A DNA stretch of 10,691 nucleotides. Source: Rubritalea profundi. Lineage in GTDB: Bacteria; Verrucomicrobiota; Verrucomicrobiia; Verrucomicrobiales; Akkermansiaceae. This document shows, in pieces, positions 6,024-10,691 of the stretch (the first letter of the stretch is position 1; each line of letters begins with the position of its first letter). The notes beneath the pieces were generated by a model. The model saw only the letters and a program-made list of their open reading frames with translations. It made no database searches and was not told the DNA's origin. Position numbers and translations under genes: made by a program. Location of the stretch: assembly GCF_002954445.1 (NCBI RefSeq), contig NZ_MQWA01000001.1, positions 2,680,459 to 2,691,149 of the forward strand. The letters are read 5' to 3'.

Positions 6024-6575
6024 ATGGATTCTATAAACCCATGGTTGGATGTCGATGAACTCAATCGTCTAGCCAAAGCTCTAATGGCACCAGCGGATGC
6101 TCAACAAACCAAAAAGGTCGAAGCATCAAAAAGTGAAGGACTTATCCGTAGCTCAGCGAGCAAGGTCTTAGCTAAAGCGAGTGAAATGGCGAAGCGTACA
6201 GGAGTGATTACTCCAGTTGTGCGCAAAGCAGCACTTCCAGAGTTAGGAGATTGGCTCAATGCTCATGCTCGTTGCCAAGGGCTCTGTGTTGTTAACCTTG
6301 ATGGAGATGTCCTGCAAGCTGCAATGCCTAATGAAGAGTGGACTAAACTAACAGTTTTGGCTGCTACTACCCGGCATCGACTTGAAGAAGGAAAATCGTC
6401 TAGCCTGAGGCTGAAAGTGGCATCGGAGAGTTTCTTGCAGTTCATCAGTGTGATGACTGCCCGTGGACCTTTGTTAGTTGGTCTACTCACTCAGAATCTT
6501 CTCAAGGATTCTCAGCTCATAGAGTTTTCCTCTTTGGTTGAGGGGATCAGTGCCCCAGATCAAGTTGAAAAATAA
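6024..6575 (+). CDS. Hypothetical 183-aa protein with a Lys/Ser/Ala-rich, probably disordered N-terminal half and a C-terminal half with a Roadblock/LC7-like pattern; candidate partner of the ParA-like ATPase
   Basis: ATG start 36 nt after the parA-like stop, same strand, with no terminator between them. Residues about 70-175 (LPELGDWLNAHARCQGLCVVNLDGDVLQAAMP..LTVLAATTRHRLEEG..LRLKVASESFLQFISVMTARGPLLVGLLTQ..SQLIEFSSLVEGI) follow the helix-strand-strand-helix-strand-strand-helix spacing of MglB/Roadblock proteins as I recall them. The domain call is an inference. Confidence 0.6.
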   Translation: MDSINPWLDVDELNRLAKALMAPADAQQTKKVEASKSEGLIRSSASKVLAKASEMAKRTGVITPVVRKAALPELGDWLNAHARCQGLCVVNLDGDVLQAAMPNEEWTKLTVLAATTRHRLEEGKSSSLRLKVASESFLQFISVMTARGPLLVGLLTQNLLKDSQLIEFSSLVEGISAPDQVEK

Positions 6576-6585
6576 GAAAAGGACG

Positions 6586-6610
6586 GATGTTATTATGCAT
6601 CAGCTTTTTT
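6586..6610 (+). terminator. Weak candidate intrinsic terminator after the parA-like operon
   Basis: GAUGU-UAUUAU-GCAUC (5 bp including one G.U), then AGC and UUUUUU (6605..6610), 11 nt after the TAA of the 183-aa ORF. The stem is short and AT-rich. Confidence 0.3.
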
Positions 6611-6623
6611 ACGATTGGAAATT

Positions 6624-6641
6624 GGCCTGATCTCTCAGGCC
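6624..6641. terminator. Perfect 7-bp/4-nt-loop hairpin between convergent genes; possible bidirectional terminator element
   Basis: GGCCTGA-tctc-TCAGGCC lies between the ends of the 183-aa ORF (+) and the nitroreductase (-). Neither side has a good U tract; the minus side is followed by AAUUUCC. Confidence 0.3.
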
Positions 6642-6669
6642 AGAGGTCAGAGCGTTAGCTCATCTGGCG

Positions 6670-7308
6670 CTATCTCTGTTGGATGATTTTATCTTTACTG
6701 TAACGTACCTTGGGTAAACTCGCGTATTTGTCGTCGTTAGAGCGGTAGCCCATAGGGCAGGCCACGGTAGTGAAATATCCAGTCCCTTCGAGTCCTAAAA
6801 TTTTGTCGTACTCCGCAGGTGTGATCCCCTCCATCGGACAGGCGTCTATCTTGAGGAATGCAGCGCTCGCCATCAATTGACCAAGAGCAATATAAACTTG
6901 GTTTTTTGCCCAAGCAATGAGTTGTTCAGCGCTCATGTTAGCTATGAAGCCACCCATCATATCACGGTAAAATGTGAGGCTTTCCTTTTCTCCTCCACGC
7001 ACGGCGTGGGTTGTGTCGATGAATGTATCGAGCTCGGCGTTACCGATGGGGCCATGTGCTGCAAGTACTACAAGATGAGAGCAATCGACAACTTGTTGCT
7101 GGTTCCAAGAGTGTGGAAGTAGTTGTTTCTTTACGTCGGGATCTGTCACGACGATGAACTTCCAGGGCTGTAGCCCAAAGGATGAAGGTGTGAGGACTAG
7201 ACTCTCTTCTATGGCGTCCCATACTTCACTTGCGATCGTTCGGCTCGGGTCAAAGGCTTTGGTGGCATAGCGCCAGTTTAGCGCATCAAGTAGTGTTGTT
7301 GGAGTCAT
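6670..7308 (-). CDS. NfsB/NfnB-like oxygen-insensitive NAD(P)H nitroreductase (FMN-dependent nitroreductase family)
   Basis: 212-aa ORF with ATG start. Collinear with E. coli NfsB as I recall it: NWRYATKAFD (KRHSTKAFD), TPSSFGLQPWKFIVV (SPSSTNSQPWHFIV), SHLVVLAA, WAKNQVYIALGQL (MAKQVYLNVG), IDACPMEGI (LDAVPIEGF), LPKVRYS (LPKSRL). Confidence 0.85.
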   Translation of the reverse strand: MTPTTLLDALNWRYATKAFDPSRTIASEVWDAIEESLVLTPSSFGLQPWKFIVVTDPDVKKQLLPHSWNQQQVVDCSHLVVLAAHGPIGNAELDTFIDTTHAVRGGEKESLTFYRDMMGGFIANMSAEQLIAWAKNQVYIALGQLMASAAFLKIDACPMEGITPAEYDKILGLEGTGYFTTVACPMGYRSNDDKYASLPKVRYSKDKIIQQR

Positions 7309-7322
7309 GATAGAATGTGTTG

Positions 7323-9638
7323 CTATTGGGCTTCGATGTTAAATGGTAAATTCAAGGATGGTATGGCGTTGAGTGATATATTTAGCAATGCACCATACTC
7401 TTTATTGAGCCGATTGTCTCGTTGGTAGAACCCGAGGCCAGCGGTCCAACTTTCAAAGTTTCTGTGGAATGAATATTCCTGCCGTTCAAGAGTGTTGTCA
7501 TCAAACTGCCATTGATGGTAGGTGCCGATCCCCCATTTTGGATTGATACGAAAGTAGGCTCTGCCGCGGATCAAGTCAGTGTCGGCGATGACTGGGTGGT
7601 TAGATAAGTAGCTGTGGCCAATACTCAGCTCGATGTTCTCGTGGGGCCAGAAGAGGAGGTTAGTGGTGATCTCAGTGAAGCCTTCACTGTTGAGGGGGAA
7701 CTGTGTGTTGAGGCTCAAGCTTCCCCATGGGACTGGGTTCCACCGTAAGTCATTATAAAAGTTTGAGAAATCTCGATCGTACTCAGGGTCATTTAAGAAA
7801 GCGTCTATATACGAGTCTAAGGTGAGCCAGTTCTGGCTTCGACCATTACGCTTGGTAACCAGATTGTTACGTGTACCTAGGCGTGCGATCGACCAGTTTT
7901 GGTAATCGTCAATCGCAGTGAAACGGGCCACATCGATCGGTCGTGGGCGCTCGGTTGGGGTGAGTCTATCAATCTTGCTGTCGTCTTCGTTCAGCTCATT
8001 GGTGGCAAGGACTGAGATATTTGCGTATGGCTGCACAACATGCAGAAGTTCGTTGAGGCCCCAGCGTCTGCTTTGCACAGAGGCGTAGCTTTTTGTGAAC
8101 TTCATCGCAGCATCAAGGCCTAGATAGCCGTGAGGGCTGCTATGTGTCTTGCCATCTGCCCCTTCATCCCAATAATAAGAATACCCGGCTCCGGCACGTG
8201 GTGTGACAGTGACTCCGTTAGCCACTTCAATTGGGCGGGAGAGTTCTTGATAGGTATGTATTCTAGCGAAACTATTCTCACTGAGGAGTCGTTCTATTTC
8301 ACTTTCTCTTTCTGGAGTTGTGTAAGAATCTGCTGCTTCAGCGCGCAAACGAACTGGGTCTGATTTACCGAGCTCTTCTTTATAGCAGCCAATAGAAGTG
8401 GATCCCTCGTGTAGAATCGAGCTGTTGAAAATGGGTCTCTTTGCGTGGTCTAAATAGATTTCAGGCAGGCGTGTGTCAGCTTCATAAAAATCATTCAATT
8501 GTAGTCGAGTGAAAGCTCCTAGCTGATACTGATCACTACGTCGCTGAATGCCTATGATATTATCTGGCTGAGGGTTCAGTGTGTAGTTTCGTTCCTCAAA
8601 GTCTTCTAGGAAGTAGCGGTCACTGAGATAAGTGAGGTTTGTGTCGACGATCGTTGTGGTTGATGGGGTGTTCTGCCAATCGAATCGGTACTTAAGTTCA
8701 ATTTTATAGCGATTACTGTCGATCGTTTCACGGGGAATTGAGGAGCGTGAAAGCGATGGGTCTGTATCATCGGCATAATAAGTTTTAAGCCAGCCTAGGT
8801 TGCTGTTACCGTCGAGCCTTTGGTCTGTGAAGTCGACGCCGACTCCCACGCCTCTTTTAGATCTAAAATCTAAAAGCCACTCAGAAAGGAGCCATTGGTC
8901 TTCCTTTCTCCCTGACACAGGGTTTTTTTCTCCCCCTAACATGATCCCGTACCGGTTGAGTAAAAATAGGCCCCAGTTAGACTTGGAACCAGGGGTGAAT
9001 TGGTAGCCTAGCTCAGATCCTACTGATTGAGAGAGGTAAGGAAGCCAAAATATAGGGGTGTCGCCAGCGTAGAGCTTTAGATTTCTGAAGATGATTTCTT
9101 CTTCAGGGTAAATTTCAATTTTTTTTGCTCGGATCCAAAAATTCGGATTTTGTCTATCGTGAGTGGAGAGCCCAGCGTTCTTACCGATGAAGATGCGCTT
9201 TCCATCGACAGTTTCTGATGTGAATGTGTCTGAATCTAGCAGAAATGGATCCATGCTAGTTTTGAGTTCTTTTGTATCTAATTGTTCGGTTCCGTAATTA
9301 TAGGAGGCTTTTGAGCCCCGGTGTAAGGTGGAATTTTGATAGATGCTTACATCGCCGTTGAGGTGGATGACCTCTTTAGTAGTATCAATAAGAGCCTGCT
9401 TTGCAAAAATTTGGATACCATTGTCAGTATAGACCTGAACGCCTCCAAGGTAGCGTATAAGTCCTGTTTCTCCATTGTAATCGGCTCCATTGTTAGATGT
9501 GACGCGGACATTGTCTGGCATCGTTGGAGTAAGTTGTAGGTCTAACCCTCCAGACTGTAGGTCACCATCTCCTTGAGCATGGCTGTAGCTGGTAGCAGAG
9601 ATGAGGATTGCTGCTAAGCTGGGAAGGAGTCGGTTCAT
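7323..9638 (-). CDS. lptD: Outer-membrane LPS-assembly protein, LptD (OstA)-like
   Basis: 771-aa ORF with ATG start. Signal peptide MNRLLPSLAAILISATSYSHAQG. The N-terminal region has the repeated OstA/LptA jellyroll pattern (ADYNGETGLIRYLGGVQVYTDNGIQIFAKQALIDTTKEVIHLNGDVSIYQNSTLHRGSKASYNY). The remaining roughly 600 aa are rich in alternating aromatic/polar strands (Y/W/F, G, N, D), typical of a large beta-barrel. Size matches LptD. The assignment is by pattern, not by alignment. Confidence 0.65.
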   Translation of the reverse strand: MNRLLPSLAAILISATSYSHAQGDGDLQSGGLDLQLTPTMPDNVRVTSNNGADYNGETGLIRYLGGVQVYTDNGIQIFAKQALIDTTKEVIHLNGDVSIYQNSTLHRGSKASYNYGTEQLDTKELKTSMDPFLLDSDTFTSETVDGKRIFIGKNAGLSTHDRQNPNFWIRAKKIEIYPEEEIIFRNLKLYAGDTPIFWLPYLSQSVGSELGYQFTPGSKSNWGLFLLNRYGIMLGGEKNPVSGRKEDQWLLSEWLLDFRSKRGVGVGVDFTDQRLDGNSNLGWLKTYYADDTDPSLSRSSIPRETIDSNRYKIELKYRFDWQNTPSTTTIVDTNLTYLSDRYFLEDFEERNYTLNPQPDNIIGIQRRSDQYQLGAFTRLQLNDFYEADTRLPEIYLDHAKRPIFNSSILHEGSTSIGCYKEELGKSDPVRLRAEAADSYTTPERESEIERLLSENSFARIHTYQELSRPIEVANGVTVTPRAGAGYSYYWDEGADGKTHSSPHGYLGLDAAMKFTKSYASVQSRRWGLNELLHVVQPYANISVLATNELNEDDSKIDRLTPTERPRPIDVARFTAIDDYQNWSIARLGTRNNLVTKRNGRSQNWLTLDSYIDAFLNDPEYDRDFSNFYNDLRWNPVPWGSLSLNTQFPLNSEGFTEITTNLLFWPHENIELSIGHSYLSNHPVIADTDLIRGRAYFRINPKWGIGTYHQWQFDDNTLERQEYSFHRNFESWTAGLGFYQRDNRLNKEYGALLNISLNAIPSLNLPFNIEAQ

Positions 9639-9648
9639 GCGCGTTATT

Positions 9649-9667
9649 TAGACCTTTGATAGACCTT
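9649..9667. repeat. Two perfect copies of TAGACCTT with 11-bp periodicity in the divergent lptD-like/yfcH-like intergenic region
   Basis: TAGACCTT (9649..9656), tga, TAGACCTT (9660..9667). The first copy starts 11 nt upstream of the lptD-like ATG. The repeat is certain; any function as a regulator-binding site is inferred. Confidence 0.5.
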
Positions 9668-9735
9668 CGAGTAAAGATGAAAGGAGTAAATTGATCAGTT
9701 GACCGTAGAACTAAGAATTGGCATCTTTATAAGTA

Positions 9736-10623
9736 ATGGAAAAAGTAGTTGGAATTATAGGCGCGTCAGGACTGATCGGTTCAGAGGTAGCTAGCGCGTT
9801 TACAGAGCTGGGAATGCGGGTTGTGCGTATATCGCGCACTAAACGGGATGAGGTCGATCAAGAGTGGCGGGAGCTCGATGAGCGCTGCCTTATAGGAGTG
9901 GATATACTTATTAATCTAGCGGGTGAGCCCATAGATCAGAGGTGGACAAAGGGTAATCGGGCAAAGTTTCACGCGAGTCGCGTGGAATTAACTCAAAATT
10001 TGCGCTGCTGGATGCAGGCGTTACCGGCTCAAGAGCGCCCGAGCCTATGGCTGAATACTTCAGCAGTGGGGATCTATGGGGATAGAGGGGCTGAGCCGCT
10101 AGACGAATCATCTAATATAGGTGAAGGCTACCTTGCTGAGCTTTGTTCCTCTTGGGAGCATGCTGCTCACGAAGAAATTATTAGTGGATGTCGAGTGGTA
10201 CATCCTAGAATTGGAGTGGTGTTAGGACGTGAGTCACATGCTTGGTTAAAGATGAAAAAGACTTTCTTGTTTGGAGTTGGGGGGAAACTGGGTTCTGGAA
10301 AGCAATGGTTCCCGTGGGTTCACTTGCAAGATGTAGTGAGAGCTCTGGTATTTCTGTCTCTCTCTTCACGTTCTGAAGGAGCATACAATATTGTAGCGCC
10401 TGAGTCCGTCACCAACGCTGATTTCACAAAGGCTCTGAGTAGAGCTCTCCGACGGCCAGCATTATGCCCGGTGCCAGCTTTAGCCTTAGGGGTGATTTTG
10501 GGTGAATTTTCACAGGCTTTGCTGGCTAGTCAGAGGGTGGTTCCTAAAAAATTGGAGGACTTAGACTTTAAGTGGAACTTTAAATCACTTGAATCGGCCC
10601 TTTTAGAGCTTTGTGAAAGATGA
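9736..10623 (+). CDS. yfcH: TIGR01777/YfcH-family atypical SDR (NAD-dependent epimerase-like N-domain plus DUF1731 C-terminal domain)
   Basis: 295-aa ORF with ATG start. Rossmann motif GIIGASGLIGSEV. Family-typical INLAGEPIDQRWT, GGKLGSGKQWFPWVHLQDVV and ALRRPALCPVPALALGVILGEFSQALLASQRVVPKKLEDLDFKW, collinear with E. coli YfcH as I recall it (INLAGEPIADKRWT, GGPIGSGRQYLAWIHIDD, LHRPAILRVPA..GGQRALPKRLEEAGFAF). Confidence 0.85.
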   Translation: MEKVVGIIGASGLIGSEVASAFTELGMRVVRISRTKRDEVDQEWRELDERCLIGVDILINLAGEPIDQRWTKGNRAKFHASRVELTQNLRCWMQALPAQERPSLWLNTSAVGIYGDRGAEPLDESSNIGEGYLAELCSSWEHAAHEEIISGCRVVHPRIGVVLGRESHAWLKMKKTFLFGVGGKLGSGKQWFPWVHLQDVVRALVFLSLSSRSEGAYNIVAPESVTNADFTKALSRALRRPALCPVPALALGVILGEFSQALLASQRVVPKKLEDLDFKWNFKSLESALLELCER

Positions 10624-10666
10624 TTCTACTGAGAATCCAATTATTATTGTAGAGTTGAGAGAGGCT

Positions 10667-10691
10667 GTGAAAGTTCTACTTGTTGATTTTT
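10667..10691 (+). CDS. Possible 5' end of a downstream gene (VKVLLVDF.., reminiscent of a response-regulator receiver N-terminus); only 8 codons visible
   Basis: GTG at 10667 is preceded by the only SD-like purine run in the window (GAGAGAGG, 10656..10663). The KVLLVD string is a common receiver-domain start. This is far too short to confirm. Confidence 0.2.

Noticed and set aside
6587-6658. 23-codon ORF (MLLCISFFTIGNWPDLSGQRSER) with AGGA 3 nt upstream, in the convergent intergenic region.
   Set aside because: It is very short and the SD spacing is too tight. It spans both candidate terminator hairpins, and nothing else in the window uses an SD, so there is no support beyond an open frame.
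3748-10111. Remaining short track ORFs inside or antisense to confident genes (3748..3933, 4114..4311, 4308..4496, 4503..4709, 5768..6076, 6263..6490, 6877..7122, 7040..7222, 8130..8363, 8800..9006, 9336..9539, 9911..10111).
   Set aside because: Each overlaps a longer ORF with recognisable family motifs or the structured leader. Their compositions (S/R/L/C-rich) look like off-frame translation, and none has independent signals.
1-10691. Mobile elements, CRISPR arrays, defence-island hallmarks, rRNA/tRNA genes.
   Set aside because: I found no transposase, integrase or recombinase-like ORFs, no terminal inverted repeats, no regularly spaced repeat arrays, and no nuclease, helicase or methylase clusters. 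Apart from 4306..5216, the window reads as core chromosome.

Overview
This 10.7 kb window looks like chromosomal DNA from a diderm (Gram-negative-type) bacterium. I cannot place the lineage by eye. Genes are tightly packed and mostly housekeeping. In order they are: bioF (partial, minus strand, not in the ORF track because it runs off the edge), a secreted S11 DD-carboxypeptidase, an MBL-fold hydrolase, a decayed cardiolipin-synthase locus, an EamA/DMT transporter, about 0.9 kb with only two doubtful small convergent ORFs, a ParA/MinD-type ATPase followed by a 183-aa partner with no ParB, an NfsB-like nitroreductase, an LptD-like outer-membrane protein, a YfcH/TIGR01777 SDR protein, and the first codons of a further gene. 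I saw no rRNA, tRNA, CRISPR array, transposase, integrase or long repeats. Four leads deserve a second look. (1) The orphan ParA-like ATPase is paired with a protein whose C-terminal half looks Roadblock/LC7-like. (2) A strong intrinsic-terminator hairpin and a structured leader of about 150 nt sit directly upstream of the first ATG of the DMT transporter, suggesting a riboswitch, attenuator or small RNA. (3) An apparent cardiolipin synthase has kept only its N-terminal membrane segment and its C-terminal tail, in the same frame, separated by a TAA. (4) A protein-like ORF lacks any canonical in-frame start, and its stop codon overlaps that of a convergent orphan ORF. All family assignments come from motif recognition and my memory of reference sequences, not from searches.
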